NCBI GenBank assembly: GCA_038816475.1
Contig: JAWBAI010000001.1
Coordinates: 128,001-192,000, forward strand
DNA: 64,000 nucleotides
DNA from: Desulfurococcaceae archaeon
GTDB lineage: Archaea; Thermoproteota; Thermoprotei_A; Sulfolobales; Desulfurococcaceae
Direction of reading: 5' to 3'
The translations under genes and the position numbers were made by a program. The notes under the pieces are model-generated. The model ran no database searches, was not told the origin of the DNA, and saw only the letters and a list, made by a program, of their open reading frames with translations. Every line of letters starts with the position of its first letter. Positions within the stretch are counted from its first letter, which is position 1. Positions 36,833 to 47,557 of the stretch are shown in pieces.

Positions 36833-38077
36833 GTGTTTAAGGAGACGTGGAGATTACCGGAGGACATTGGGTTATCGGTTTACACCCCGCTCTACGGGAA
36901 GAACATAGTTCTTGGCGTCACTGGTTCAACAGCGGCTTACAGATCCGTAGACCTCGCTAGAGCCCTGATTAGAGCTGGTGCGTCTATCAAAGTGGTAATG
37001 ACAAAGTTTGCGGCAAGGTTGGTAAGCCCAGACCTATTCCACTGGGCTACCGGTTCAAAACCCTACGTGGAGATGACAGGTGAAACCGAGCACATAGACC
37101 TGGCTAAGTGGGCTGATGCCGTGGTTATAGCACCAGCCACTCTCAACACCATCTGTAAGCTTGCAAACGGGGTTCTAGATGAGCTTCTGGTTTTAACAGC
37201 TACAGCTGCGATCGGAAGCGGTAAGAAAGTCATAGTTGTACCAGCGATGAACATAAGGCTTCTCAGATCACCCGTTTACGGAAGATGCGTAGAGATGCTG
37301 AGAGAATACGGTGTTCTCGTTGTTCCACCCTACGTAGAAGAGGACAAAGCCAAGTATCCTCCACTTCAGGACCTAGTGCACTACATTGACGCTGTGGTCA
37401 ACAGAGGCAGAGACCTCGAGGGTGCTCGAGTACTTGTTACAGCAGGACCTACGAGGGAGTACATAGATCCAGTTAGAGTTTTAACGAACCCGAGCAGTGG
37501 GTTAATGGGGGTTCTCGTAGCACGTGAAGCTGTAGCTAGAGGCGCAATGGTCACCCTGGTTCATGGGCCTCTATCCACGGATGCCCCCTACATGGTTGAA
37601 AAGGTTCACGTGGATACGACAGAAGATATGGCTAGAGCGGTTAATGAGTACACGTCTAAGTACAACTACGATGCAGTAGTTCTTGCTGCAGCACCAGCTG
37701 ATTACAAGCCTAAGGTGAAATCGGAGAGCAAGATACCTACGAAGCAGTTCAGAGAACTTGTTCTCGAGCTCGAGTCCACGCCAAAGGTTGTAAAGGCTAT
37801 TGTTAACAAACCAAGGGTTCTTGTAGGTTTTGCTGCTGAGACAGCGCGTGGAGATGAGCTACGCAGGAAAGCCCTCGAGAAGATCTCCGAGTACGGCTTC
37901 GACATTATTGTAGCAAACAACATCTTATCCGAGAAGGCTGGATTCGGAAAGATCTTCCTTGAAGCAGTAATACTGAACGATAAGGATGAACTAATAGCTG
38001 AAGGGCTACTCACAAAACACGAGATAGCCAGATATGTAGTTGACTACATTTCAAGAATCCTTAAGAAAGAAAGCTAA
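36833..38077 (+). CDS. coaBC: Bifunctional phosphopantothenoylcysteine decarboxylase/synthetase
   Basis: GVTGSTAAY, EHIDLAKWAD, PAMN, TAGPTREYIDPVR, AAAPADY, VGFAAET. Confidence 0.95.
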   Translation: MFKETWRLPEDIGLSVYTPLYGKNIVLGVTGSTAAYRSVDLARALIRAGASIKVVMTKFAARLVSPDLFHWATGSKPYVEMTGETEHIDLAKWADAVVIAPATLNTICKLANGVLDELLVLTATAAIGSGKKVIVVPAMNIRLLRSPVYGRCVEMLREYGVLVVPPYVEEDKAKYPPLQDLVHYIDAVVNRGRDLEGARVLVTAGPTREYIDPVRVLTNPSSGLMGVLVAREAVARGAMVTLVHGPLSTDAPYMVEKVHVDTTEDMARAVNEYTSKYNYDAVVLAAAPADYKPKVKSESKIPTKQFRELVLELESTPKVVKAIVNKPRVLVGFAAETARGDELRRKALEKISEYGFDIIVANNILSEKAGFGKIFLEAVILNDKDELIAEGLLTKHEIARYVVDYISRILKKES

Positions 38078-38115
38078 ACCAGGGTTGCTCTTCTAGCCTT
38101 CTCCGGAGGATGCGT

Positions 38116-38895
38116 TTAAGGGAAACTAACTATGAGCTTGGACTCTGATAGCTCCTGCAGTCTTCTAAGAATGTATCTTAGCGCTTCCTGTAGTACAGAG
38201 TTGTTGTCGTAGCTACTCACTATAGCTTCTAGCTCACCGCGGTTTTTGCTCTTGAACTCCTTGACCTTCTGGACAAGCAATGGCATCGCTCTCACAACGT
38301 TATCCACTATCGTTACGGACGCGCTTCTAGCAGTTCTAGATAGGGGGTTTAAGTCTATGGCTACAACTGTTTTACCCATTTTTCGAAGAGCCTCTGTTCT
38401 ATCCCCGTCCTCCAGTGGTACGAGTACAACATCTGCTATCAGAATTCCACGCGGACTCACACGCCTTCTCTCGCTGAAGAGCTCTGGTATCGTAGCGGAT
38501 GCATCGTCTCCTACCCCGAGAACCTCGGTAGCACCATGTTCGCGGAGCCATTTAGCAATAGCTTCTTCTCTTTCCCTTGTTCTGTAGAACAGGTTAACTT
38601 CGATCTTCGCGTTTGCCTCTTTAGCTAGTTCCACGATTTCTCTGGGGACGAGAGCAGCGGTATTACCGTTGACCGAGATAACGGGGTACTTGGCGAGTAA
38701 GAGGTAAGCGGCAGCAGCTTCAATGGCCTTCTGTGCGAACGATTGCGTTGTTTCACCTAAGAGGTAATCAAAGCATTCACCACGACCGTGAGCGATCAAT
38801 CCTTCTTCGACTACAAGTCCTCTGCGGAAACCCTCAACCAATTTCTCTCTAATCAGTAGACTTGTTCTCCTCGGATGATTAATTGGTATGAACAA
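38116..38895 (-). CDS. 4-phosphopantoate--beta-alanine ligase (phosphopantothenate synthetase)
   Basis: [43 protein letters not shown]. Confidence 0.93.
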   Translation of the reverse strand: MFIPINHPRRTSLLIREKLVEGFRRGLVVEEGLIAHGRGECFDYLLGETTQSFAQKAIEAAAAYLLLAKYPVISVNGNTAALVPREIVELAKEANAKIEVNLFYRTREREEAIAKWLREHGATEVLGVGDDASATIPELFSERRRVSPRGILIADVVLVPLEDGDRTEALRKMGKTVVAIDLNPLSRTARSASVTIVDNVVRAMPLLVQKVKEFKSKNRGELEAIVSSYDNNSVLQEALRYILRRLQELSESKLIVSFP

Positions 38896-39718
38896 GGTTT
38901 ACACCAATAGGTGATATTGTTGTCTTAAAGGCTCTAATACCTTTGCTCCTAATGGAGCTCAGGACATCATCAGCGTACTCTCTCTCAACCCATACTACAA
39001 GCGCGGATTTCTTCATGTAGTAATCGATAACGCCTTTAAGACCGCTCAGCAGAGACTTGGCCGGTGTGTAATCAAACAGCATACTCGTGAACTTCCTAGC
39101 ACTCTCGAAGAAGACGTGAACATCCTCTGTTTCTACAACCCTGTTCAACAGGTTTTCACCCACTCGGTAGACCTCGCTGGTGATCCTCGAGAGCATTCGC
39201 GAAGTGTCTTCAACTCCATTAAGCTCAGCAACCACGAGGTCAACTCTTTGTCTAGGAATAACCCTGTACGCTAAACCAACACCTGGTGCTCCCGGTTTAA
39301 CTCTAATTGCTAATCCACCCGTATACTCGGCGATCACATCGCCAAGACCAGTTCTGTACTTGACTTCAACAATGTGAGCTACTTGCAGAGCTCTGAGACT
39401 AGGTTTACCTGCTAGTGCATGGGACACGAGAGAGTGCGCGATAAGCAAAGCAGCTGATGCACCAAACCCTTTTCCCAGCTCAACCGGGAGTTCAACTTCA
39501 ACACCGGTACTTGTTCCCGCATGGTTGCATACTTCTAGAGCTTGTTCACGAAAAACCTCAAACCTGTTCACCAGTAGTCTGCACGACCCAGCAAGCTCTC
39601 TTCCCACAGCGTAAACTGCTAGGTTTAATCCAGCACCGAGACTACCCGTCTCCAGAGGATCATCCGAGTACTTAGCAATCCAAACCCCGGAGACATGTAA
39701 AGGCACTATGATCTTCAT
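38879..39718 (-). CDS. Pantoate kinase (GHMP family)
   Basis: [40 protein letters not shown]. Confidence 0.9.
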   Translation of the reverse strand: MKIIVPLHVSGVWIAKYSDDPLETGSLGAGLNLAVYAVGRELAGSCRLLVNRFEVFREQALEVCNHAGTSTGVEVELPVELGKGFGASAALLIAHSLVSHALAGKPSLRALQVAHIVEVKYRTGLGDVIAEYTGGLAIRVKPGAPGVGLAYRVIPRQRVDLVVAELNGVEDTSRMLSRITSEVYRVGENLLNRVVETEDVHVFFESARKFTSMLFDYTPAKSLLSGLKGVIDYYMKKSALVVWVEREYADDVLSSIRSKGIRAFKTTISPIGVNLVHTN

Positions 39719-39890
39719 CAGCTAACCCCACTCTCTGAACAAAGTACTCAGTGCATCCCGAAGATCCATGCATATCTCACAGTAGTATAGTATTAAAACA
39801 TAGTCTGCGTTCAAACTATAAATAGTGTTCATGACCAGTCGAAAACATATATAGGGATTCGTGGAGAAAAATGGGTAAAGGACGCATAGT

Positions 39891-41255
39891 GTGGGATTGG
39901 GTAGTAAAATCCTCTATGTGTTATCGGCATTAATCATAGCGTTGATCGCCACACCATTCATTACACTTCATATCCTTCAAGTCAACGATGTAAGCACTTC
40001 TGCACCTGGAGTCGATCTATGTTCTCTCTCGGAGAAGGTTTCACTCTACTATGTGGAGTACCTACCACCCGAGTTCATGAGACTTCTGAAGAATGTAGGA
40101 CTTGATAAAGCTGTGAAGCAATTGGACCACGATGAAGCCGTGCTCGAGAGAGCCCTAGTGTTTGTTCACTCAGAGAGGGTTGCAAAGAACTTACCTTTGT
40201 ACACGGAGCTTCTGACAACCATTCTGAGTACTTGCAGGAAATGTGCTGTAGCATACTTGAACACGGGTCCCAAGGTAAGAGGATTAGAGGCTGTAGACTC
40301 GCACTCTGCTGTTCTCAAAGCGTTAGGTTACATTGGAGTTGAACCAATTATCCCTCTAAGCCCTGATCAGACGGTAAACGATGATAAGCTTGGAATAGGG
40401 CTCATTCACCCGGTACTTGAGAGTGCAGATATGATAGTGTTCACAGCTGATCCCCCTGGATTAATAATTGTGGAGACCCTCAGCGTTAAGGACTTTCACA
40501 TAGTACTTGGTGCTGTACTGGAGTGGAGTGAGTTGCTACCTCAGAGCGAGATTCCACCTGAAGCACGCATACCGCATCAAAGTATAATCTCAGAACCTAC
40601 TAACATGGTGTTACTGGGGTACATAGGGTGGATCACGAATCCAACGTACGGAAGAGGTTGCAGTGAAGAAACGGGAAGGCAGTACGTTTACGTTAGGTAC
40701 TATTGTGGTGATACCACAACAGTTACTGGAGATGTGTATCACGTATGGTACGTGTACACAATGCATGCTGGTGTTGGGTTTAAAACAAAGTGTAACTGGC
40801 AAACCTTTGATCACTACCCTAGGCTCTTTGAAACCACTATACACTGGCGCAGTGATACATGGCCTGGTCAGATCCTAGATGACTGGCAACCTAAGGGCAC
40901 TGGCTCAACTCGCTCGGTGCAGTATACGACATCTGGAATCAACAATGCAAAAGTGTCTGTATCCTACAGCATAGGTTTTACTGAGCCGGAAGCTCCATAC
41001 TTCACTATAGCGGATTACACGGATCCCGGTGAGGGTAGAGTTAGAGTGAGGCACTGGATTGAAAGAGGTAACTTTAGTGAAAGCAGTTTAAGTAACCTGG
41101 TGTTTACTGTAGAGCCGAGTTCCTTCGGCTTCCTTGACTCAGAGAAACCTGGAGGAGACATGCCAATGATAGTACTTCAGTCGTTCTACATGGAGTTAAA
41201 CACAGGAGACAGCGTAAACATCACGTTTCAGGTACGTCTCCGCAACACGAGCTAA
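39891..41255 (+). CDS. Secreted/membrane-anchored hypothetical protein with a putative leukocidin-like beta-PFT C-terminal domain
   Basis: Hydrophobic N-terminus; beta-rich C-terminal half containing YPRLF...GQILDDWQPKG and an alternating Ser/Thr-hydrophobic stretch. Confidence 0.6.
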   Translation: MGLGSKILYVLSALIIALIATPFITLHILQVNDVSTSAPGVDLCSLSEKVSLYYVEYLPPEFMRLLKNVGLDKAVKQLDHDEAVLERALVFVHSERVAKNLPLYTELLTTILSTCRKCAVAYLNTGPKVRGLEAVDSHSAVLKALGYIGVEPIIPLSPDQTVNDDKLGIGLIHPVLESADMIVFTADPPGLIIVETLSVKDFHIVLGAVLEWSELLPQSEIPPEARIPHQSIISEPTNMVLLGYIGWITNPTYGRGCSEETGRQYVYVRYYCGDTTTVTGDVYHVWYVYTMHAGVGFKTKCNWQTFDHYPRLFETTIHWRSDTWPGQILDDWQPKGTGSTRSVQYTTSGINNAKVSVSYSIGFTEPEAPYFTIADYTDPGEGRVRVRHWIERGNFSESSLSNLVFTVEPSSFGFLDSEKPGGDMPMIVLQSFYMELNTGDSVNITFQVRLRNTS

Positions 41256-41298
41256 AGCTTGTTCTCATCTTAAATTGTTTTAACTTCCGTCTGGATAA

Positions 41299-42600
41299 TT
41301 ATTGCATTTCCTGAACTTCCTTGTCCTGAATCTTCTTGATAATTCTAGGCAAGAGCATCCATCCATGTTCTATTGTTCCGAGCGCTCCTTTAATGCACTC
41401 CTTTTCGGTGAACTTTTCAACGCTATCTGGCTGTATTCCCGGCATGTAGAATGCTACTGGCACGGGATCGTCTGTGTGCGATCTCTTGCTTGGTGGTGTA
41501 GCGTGATCCGAGGTTACCAGGATAGCGAATCGATCTTTCAGAGCATCGATCAGGGGTTGAACAAAGAACTCGTCTATCTCCTCGATCCTCCTCTTCTTAA
41601 GCTCAAAGTCACCATCATGTCCAGGCTCGTCTGGTCCCTTAAGGTGAACGTAAACGATGTCGTTTTCCTTAAGTGCCTCCAGGGTTTTCTCGAGTCTAAT
41701 TGCGTAGTCTGACCTTGGGTTTCCGGTTGGAGGCTCTAGAAGTATGGTACTTGCTCCAAAAGCTCTTCCTATACCAACTTCAACGGGCATTTCTGCTAGC
41801 ACAGCGAACTTGCACTTGTACTTGGAACCCAAGGGCTCGGCTCTCGGCAGGCTTCCACCAGCATCTCTCAGGAGTATGGCGTTGGCTGGAGGTAGACCTC
41901 TGCTGATCCTTTCCTTGTTAACCGGGTGTTCCTGCAGTACTCTGGTGGATAACTCGAAAAACCTGTTGGCTAGTTCAGTTGTGATCCTAGCTTCCCTTGT
42001 GTAGTCCAGGGGTTCCACGGGTTTAACGTACGGTTCAAACCCACTTACAGCAATGCTTGTTAACCCTTTTCTCGCGTACGCGGGGTCATTGTTGCTAACG
42101 TGTGGTGATAGCTTCTCTCTTCTACTACCAATCAATACGACGGCTCGATGTCCCACGGTTGCTACCACCTTTGCGTATCCATCGTGTAAGCCTAGATCCA
42201 CGTACTCCAACGCTTTTGCAAGCTTTCTAGCCTCTTCCGTGGAAAGGCTTCTGCCAACACGTCTATCCAGTATCCTCATAGTAGCAGGATCTACCGTAGC
42301 AAAATTAGCTCTGAAAACTACCTCGTATCCCTCTGTGAAAACGAGTCCAACTCCTAGAGCCTCAAGAGGGCCTCTACCAGTGTAAACTTCATGTGGATTG
42401 TAGCCGAGTATCGAGATCACCGCTTCATCGCTCTCGGGCGCTATGCCTTTTTCAACAGTGTACATAACCCCGCAGACACCATTCTTCGCTATCCAGTCTA
42501 AACCGGGTTTCCGGCTAGCTTCCAGTGTTGTAACGGGATCACTAAGGCTGTCGGCAGCACCATCTATAACCAGGTAGATCAGCTTGTACTTCAAAACCAT
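41299..42600 (-). CDS. apgM: 2,3-bisphosphoglycerate-independent phosphoglycerate mutase (archaeal)
   Basis: VIDGAAD, PESD, YTGRGPLEALG, HLKGPDEPGHDG, TSDHATP, HTDDPVP. Confidence 0.93.
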   Translation of the reverse strand: MVLKYKLIYLVIDGAADSLSDPVTTLEASRKPGLDWIAKNGVCGVMYTVEKGIAPESDEAVISILGYNPHEVYTGRGPLEALGVGLVFTEGYEVVFRANFATVDPATMRILDRRVGRSLSTEEARKLAKALEYVDLGLHDGYAKVVATVGHRAVVLIGSRREKLSPHVSNNDPAYARKGLTSIAVSGFEPYVKPVEPLDYTREARITTELANRFFELSTRVLQEHPVNKERISRGLPPANAILLRDAGGSLPRAEPLGSKYKCKFAVLAEMPVEVGIGRAFGASTILLEPPTGNPRSDYAIRLEKTLEALKENDIVYVHLKGPDEPGHDGDFELKKRRIEEIDEFFVQPLIDALKDRFAILVTSDHATPPSKRSHTDDPVPVAFYMPGIQPDSVEKFTEKECIKGALGTIEHGWMLLPRIIKKIQDKEVQEMQ

Positions 42601-42692
42601 GGCAAACACCTCTTACTCATTGTTACTGGAGCTGTCTTAATTACATCTAAAACCAATGATTAAATAAATGTCCAGAGGTAGAAAAAGGTGCT

Positions 42693-43427
42693 TTGAGATT
42701 GGAGTATGCTGTTGAAGTAAGAGACCTTACGAAGGTCTACAGCGGTGGTGTTATAGCTGTAAATGGGTTGAACTTAACAATCGAGCACGGCTTAATATAC
42801 GCTTTGATAGGTCCTAACGGGAGTGGTAAAACAACTACTCTCAGAATAGTTGCTACACTGCTGAAGCCTACAAGGGGGACCGTGAAGGTTTACGGTGTAG
42901 ACGTAGTTCGAGAACCGTTAAAAGCGAGATCCCTGATAGCGTATCTTCCAGAAGAAGCAGGTGCTTACAGAGATCTCACAGGCTTGGACTTCATAAAGTT
43001 TATGCTGTCACTTAGGTTTACTGGTAGAAAACTAGAAGAAGCTATTGGTGAAGCCGTCGAGATCTCAAGCCTCGGTAAGGACCTTAAAAGACCAGTTAGA
43101 ACATACAGCAAAGGTATGAAGAGAATTCTTGCTCTAAGCGTTGTTCTAGCTCTTAGACCCAAGCTACTAGTTCTAGATGAACCAACAGCTGGTTTAGACG
43201 TTGAAAGAGCTCTGCAAGTTAGAAACCTCGTAAAGCACTACAACAGAAGATACGGTATAACAGTACTAATGAGTAGCCACAACATGCTCGAAGTAGAGTA
43301 CTTAGCCGATAAAGTTGGCATGATATACGCTGGCAAGTTGCTGGCTGAGGGAACTCCTGAAGAGCTTAAAAGAAAAACCAACTCAGCTAATCTCGAAGAA
43401 GTGTTCGTAAAGCTCAAGCAGTCCTAG
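42693..43427 (+). CDS. ABC-2 type exporter, ATP-binding subunit
   Basis: GPNGSGKTT, YSKGM, LDEPT, SSH. Confidence 0.93.
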   Translation: MRLEYAVEVRDLTKVYSGGVIAVNGLNLTIEHGLIYALIGPNGSGKTTTLRIVATLLKPTRGTVKVYGVDVVREPLKARSLIAYLPEEAGAYRDLTGLDFIKFMLSLRFTGRKLEEAIGEAVEISSLGKDLKRPVRTYSKGMKRILALSVVLALRPKLLVLDEPTAGLDVERALQVRNLVKHYNRRYGITVLMSSHNMLEVEYLADKVGMIYAGKLLAEGTPEELKRKTNSANLEEVFVKLKQS

Positions 43428-43438
43428 GGTGGAAAGCA

Positions 43439-44731
43439 ATGGTTCTTGCTCAGCTTGTAAAAAGAGAGATCAAGGTGTTCCTAAGGAACCCGGCATTCCT
43501 TATCTCAATAGTAGTACTCGTGGTCTTCTACGGCATCCTCGGTGGTATTGCCAGGAGAGGTGTTGAAGAAGCTGCTCAAGTTGCATTAGCAATGAACATC
43601 GGTGTAGTCTTAGAAGAGGATACACCGTTAACCAGGGAAGTCGTGAGAATTTTGAACGAATTAACGAAAGGTCGAGTGCTTGTTTGCAAAGACTTGGGTG
43701 AAGCCGTAGAAAGAGCAGGTCTGGGTATACTCATAGCTAAAGGATTCACGGATAACGCGACGAACCCGTATGCACCCTTGTTCCTGGAGGGTTTGATTAA
43801 GATTGATGCTACATCGCAGATCAGTGTACAAGCCAGATTAAACCTCATAGCTCAAGTCAGGAGTCTAGTTAGGTACGCAATTGGTGAAGCGTTCAAGAAC
43901 GTCTACGGCGAGGAACTCTATAGAGATAAAATGGTATATATACGTGGAAGAGCACTGTTCTACGGGCGTGAAGTCGACTCAGAACATCTGCTAAGCTTTA
44001 TAAGCTTTATTTCCTTTCTGCCACTTCTCATAAGCATAGTTGTTGGTCCCAACGTTGCATACGCTTCTCAGCTGGTTGCTCTCGAGAAGGTTGAGAAAGC
44101 TTTTGAGCTACTACTATCACAGCCTATTAAGAGAAGCAGAATAGTTCTAGCGAAGATCATAGGTGCGTCGATCGCTTCAATGATAATAGCATTAGCGTAC
44201 CTTGCGGGTTTAATTTTACTGGTAATGGGTTTCGCGTATACGTCGCCCACGAATCAGCCTGCAACCGCTGGTGGAGAAGGCTTCTTGATAACCATTGGAG
44301 GATTACTGGGGGAACTCGGGGGTAACACTATGAAACTAATTGTAGTATCAACAGGAGTAACTCTTCTTCTAGGTCTTTACTCCTCTGGAGCTCTAGGTAT
44401 CATTCTGGGCTCCATATCAACCGATGAAAGAACAGCGGGTATTCTGACAACACCAGTAACGCTCGTATACTTTGGTATAGCATTCGCGTTAATCTTCATG
44501 GGCATGGAGCCGAACCTCGCGTTTGCTGTAGTATCCGGGATGATCGTAATACCGATCCCCGCTCTCTACGTGCTATCAAGTATCACGGGTCAACCTATTT
44601 ACGGGTTGATCTCGGTTGCTGTTGCAATATTCTTCAGCGTTGTATTGACAATGGTAGCAACGTACATATTCAACCGCGATATTGTAATACTGGGTTTAAA
44701 GATCAACTTGAGAAAAACGAGATCCCAGTAG
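43439..44731 (+). CDS. ABC-2 type exporter, permease (NatB-like)
   Basis: TM helices with a large extracellular loop; EKVEKAFELLLSQPIKRSRIVLAK. Confidence 0.9.
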   Translation: MVLAQLVKREIKVFLRNPAFLISIVVLVVFYGILGGIARRGVEEAAQVALAMNIGVVLEEDTPLTREVVRILNELTKGRVLVCKDLGEAVERAGLGILIAKGFTDNATNPYAPLFLEGLIKIDATSQISVQARLNLIAQVRSLVRYAIGEAFKNVYGEELYRDKMVYIRGRALFYGREVDSEHLLSFISFISFLPLLISIVVGPNVAYASQLVALEKVEKAFELLLSQPIKRSRIVLAKIIGASIASMIIALAYLAGLILLVMGFAYTSPTNQPATAGGEGFLITIGGLLGELGGNTMKLIVVSTGVTLLLGLYSSGALGIILGSISTDERTAGILTTPVTLVYFGIAFALIFMGMEPNLAFAVVSGMIVIPIPALYVLSSITGQPIYGLISVAVAIFFSVVLTMVATYIFNRDIVILGLKINLRKTRSQ

Positions 44732-44765
44732 CTTTTACACAGGTTCAATAGAAGCCTGTTATGAG

Positions 44766-45581
44766 CTAATACCCCTGGTCCTGGGAGTAAAAGTAGTGCT
44801 CGCGGGATGGAAAAGCACCGGTTTTAACTTCCTCGACATACCTTCTAATGGCATTTACTACTATGGTTCTTAGATCAGCGTAGGCTTTAGCAAAGGGTGG
44901 AGGAGTCTCCGTTAAGCCCAGAACATCTGTTATAACTAAGACCTGACCATCGCAGAACGGTCCACTGCCAATGCATATAACAGGCACAGATGTTTCCTTG
45001 GTTATGGTTTCAGCTACGTCGGCAGCGGTGTATTCTACTACAATCGAGAAAACACCAGCTTTTTCAAGCTCTTTGGCATCTTCGAGTATTTTCTCACGTT
45101 CCTTAACCGTTAACCCTCTTTTCCTGTAGCCTCCAATGAGAAGCGCTCTCTGAGGGTTGAGCCCTATATGACCCATTACAGGTATACCAGCTCTAACTAG
45201 AGCCTTTACAGTATCAACCATCTCGTTACCACCCTCCAGCTTTACAGCATCTGCTCCCGCGCGTATGAGTAATCCCGCGTTTCTAACTGCTTCCTCAACG
45301 TTTACCTCATAGCTTAGGAATGGCATATCGCCAACGATCAGAGCTTTCGGTTTAGCACGTGCAACGCTCGCGGTGTGCATGAGCATCATTTCCATGGTAA
45401 CTGGATGCGTTGACTCATAGCCGTGGACAACCATTCCTACGCTGTCACCAACTAGTATAATGTCAACTCCTGCAGCATCAACAAGCTTAGCTGTTAAGTA
45501 GTCGTATGCGGTGATCATGGCTATCCTTTCTCTGCCTTTCATCTTCAGGATGTCTCTAACGCTGATCTTCTTTCGCAACAT
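44766..45581 (-). CDS. panB: 3-methyl-2-oxobutanoate hydroxymethyltransferase
   Basis: MITAYDY, LVGDS, GDMPF, VKLEGG, GHIGL, DGQVLV. Confidence 0.96.
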   Translation of the reverse strand: MLRKKISVRDILKMKGRERIAMITAYDYLTAKLVDAAGVDIILVGDSVGMVVHGYESTHPVTMEMMLMHTASVARAKPKALIVGDMPFLSYEVNVEEAVRNAGLLIRAGADAVKLEGGNEMVDTVKALVRAGIPVMGHIGLNPQRALLIGGYRKRGLTVKEREKILEDAKELEKAGVFSIVVEYTAADVAETITKETSVPVICIGSGPFCDGQVLVITDVLGLTETPPPFAKAYADLRTIVVNAIRRYVEEVKTGAFPSREHYFYSQDQGY

Positions 45582-45646
45582 TCATCGACCCGGCTTCTAC
45601 ACCACAGTAGGATAACGATCATAGTGTTATTTATTCAGGTTCCAGC

Positions 45647-46603
45647 TTACTTCATGTTCGCGGACTTCTCCAAAAGCTTAATCAGTAGAGTAATAGATCG
45701 GTTCACCTTGGCTTCCTCCCCAAGAGTTTTCCAGATGAAGCCGTTTATGTAGTCTATCTCCGTTGTTCTACCCATTAGAACATCCTGAGCCATGCTAGAA
45801 ATGTTCTCGGATACAGCTTTTACGCTTCTCTCTACATAGCTTAGCAGTCTTTTCATATCCAACGTGTAACCGTGCTTTTTTGCTGCTTTGCACACTTCTT
45901 CAAGGATCATCTCGGCTAACTCCATTCCCTCCTTCTCTAGTACAATCCTGTTCTTGAATCTCGCTAGAGCAGTTATGGGGTTCACTACGGCGTTTAAGGC
46001 TAGTTTTAGCCATCTGTAGTAGTCTATGTCGTCGACTACTCTGAACTCTAATCCACCCAGTCTAAGTATTCTGGATAGTTCTAGTAGCTCTATACAGGGC
46101 TCTTTTCTACATCCGGTCAACACGGTATCTCCACCGTGGTAGACTACCTCAGCTCTGTTCACGCGTTCCGCGCCGAAGTAAACAACACCTCCAGCAACCT
46201 TTAGAATACCTGAAAGTGATTCCTCGGCTAGTTCTAGTGAGCCGAACCCGTTCTGAGTCATGATCACGACACTGTGAGGAAGTGTTATTTTCTTCATCAA
46301 CTCCAAGGTTTTGTCGACATCGTATGCTTTTACGGTGTTGAACACAAAAACGCACTTGTCTAAGGGATTTATGTAATACCTTGGTGCTACTGGTACTACT
46401 AGGCTTGCTTTTCGCTGTTTATCATGTAGTAAAACTCCACCTTGCTCGGATACAGCTTTAACACTATCTTCTGAGCCATAGTACACTGGTATTCGCTCTA
46501 AACCGCTTCTGTAGAGGAAGTAAGCGATGCTAGACCCTACAGCGCCTCCACCAATAATGCAGACTTCAGAGTACATTTTCGTCTCCAAAACGTGTGAATC
46601 CAT
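45647..46603 (-). CDS. panE: Ketopantoate reductase
   Basis: GGGAVG, VKAYD, QNG, WLKLALNAVVNP, SSMAQD, TEIDYING; start uncertain. Confidence 0.92.
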   Translation of the reverse strand: MDSHVLETKMYSEVCIIGGGAVGSSIAYFLYRSGLERIPVYYGSEDSVKAVSEQGGVLLHDKQRKASLVVPVAPRYYINPLDKCVFVFNTVKAYDVDKTLELMKKITLPHSVVIMTQNGFGSLELAEESLSGILKVAGGVVYFGAERVNRAEVVYHGGDTVLTGCRKEPCIELLELSRILRLGGLEFRVVDDIDYYRWLKLALNAVVNPITALARFKNRIVLEKEGMELAEMILEEVCKAAKKHGYTLDMKRLLSYVERSVKAVSENISSMAQDVLMGRTTEIDYINGFIWKTLGEEAKVNRSITLLIKLLEKSANMK

Positions 46604-46733
46604 ATGTGGGTTTTAAGAGCAATTGTTATACTACTTCAGCTAGAGTAGCATTGCATATCAAAGACAGTATTCGAAGTTCAGTTGTTCTACAGCGGTATAA
46701 TACTTTCGTTCGACAACTACAACGTGCGTTGTT

Positions 46734-47435
46734 CTACACATTGAGGTCCTTGTCGTAACCAACATATTCTCTTGAAACTCTGCTTTGGGCTAACGCGCTC
46801 AAGTACTCTGTGTGTGCTGTTGAAGTAGCATGGGGTTTCTCTATTCTACTAGAGACAAGGTCAGCTAAGTGTAGTAACTCTTTAAGAGTAGCTATCTCTC
46901 CTTTGAACACTTCTTCGTATTTTTCCATTTCACTAATCAATTGTGTGATCTTATCTAGCTCGGTGAATACGAAGTTCTTGAAGAGCTCTTTATCTGCACT
47001 TGTAAGCTTATCCTTAGCTAGGAGTCGTTTAAGCCAATCAAGCCTTGTCTTAGGCTCCAGGCTTTTGTACTTAATATGTAGTGCTTTGATTGCTGGATCC
47101 TCAAATGGCGTATTGTAATACTCGGATAGAACTCTTCTTACAGTTTCTATATCTACGAATCTCCACCATGTTTGATTAGAGGAGCTGTAGGACTTTTCTA
47201 TAATACCGTACTCCTTCTCGAGTATTCTCAAGAGATTAACAGGATTGTAGTTGAATCCTATTGATGTAAGTTTTAGAACTAGGTGTTTAAAGCTAAAATC
47301 CCCCAGCCTATGGTCAATATGAGGGTCTTGCGATAGATCAAACGCTGTCTTCAGCACAATTAACCCTTTTTCACTGTATTTTTTAAGAAAGGCGATTAGC
47401 CTAGTATCGGTTTGTGTGTACACTCGTGAGTACAC
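46734..47435 (-). CDS. Hypothetical protein (winged-helix-like N-terminus)
   Basis: 233-aa ORF containing LGDFSFK and NLLRILEKEYGIIEKSYSSSNQTWWRF. Confidence 0.7.
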   Translation of the reverse strand: MYSRVYTQTDTRLIAFLKKYSEKGLIVLKTAFDLSQDPHIDHRLGDFSFKHLVLKLTSIGFNYNPVNLLRILEKEYGIIEKSYSSSNQTWWRFVDIETVRRVLSEYYNTPFEDPAIKALHIKYKSLEPKTRLDWLKRLLAKDKLTSADKELFKNFVFTELDKITQLISEMEKYEEVFKGEIATLKELLHLADLVSSRIEKPHATSTAHTEYLSALAQSRVSREYVGYDKDLNV

Positions 47436-47557
47436 CCAAGTAGAGTTTATAGCGTATTACAGTATATAACTGTAGCCAGTTGAATAACCATGAAGGTATT
47501 ACTTGATCTCTCGAGAGTGATTTAAAGAGACTGTTAAGCCTAGTGTTCACCAATTCA

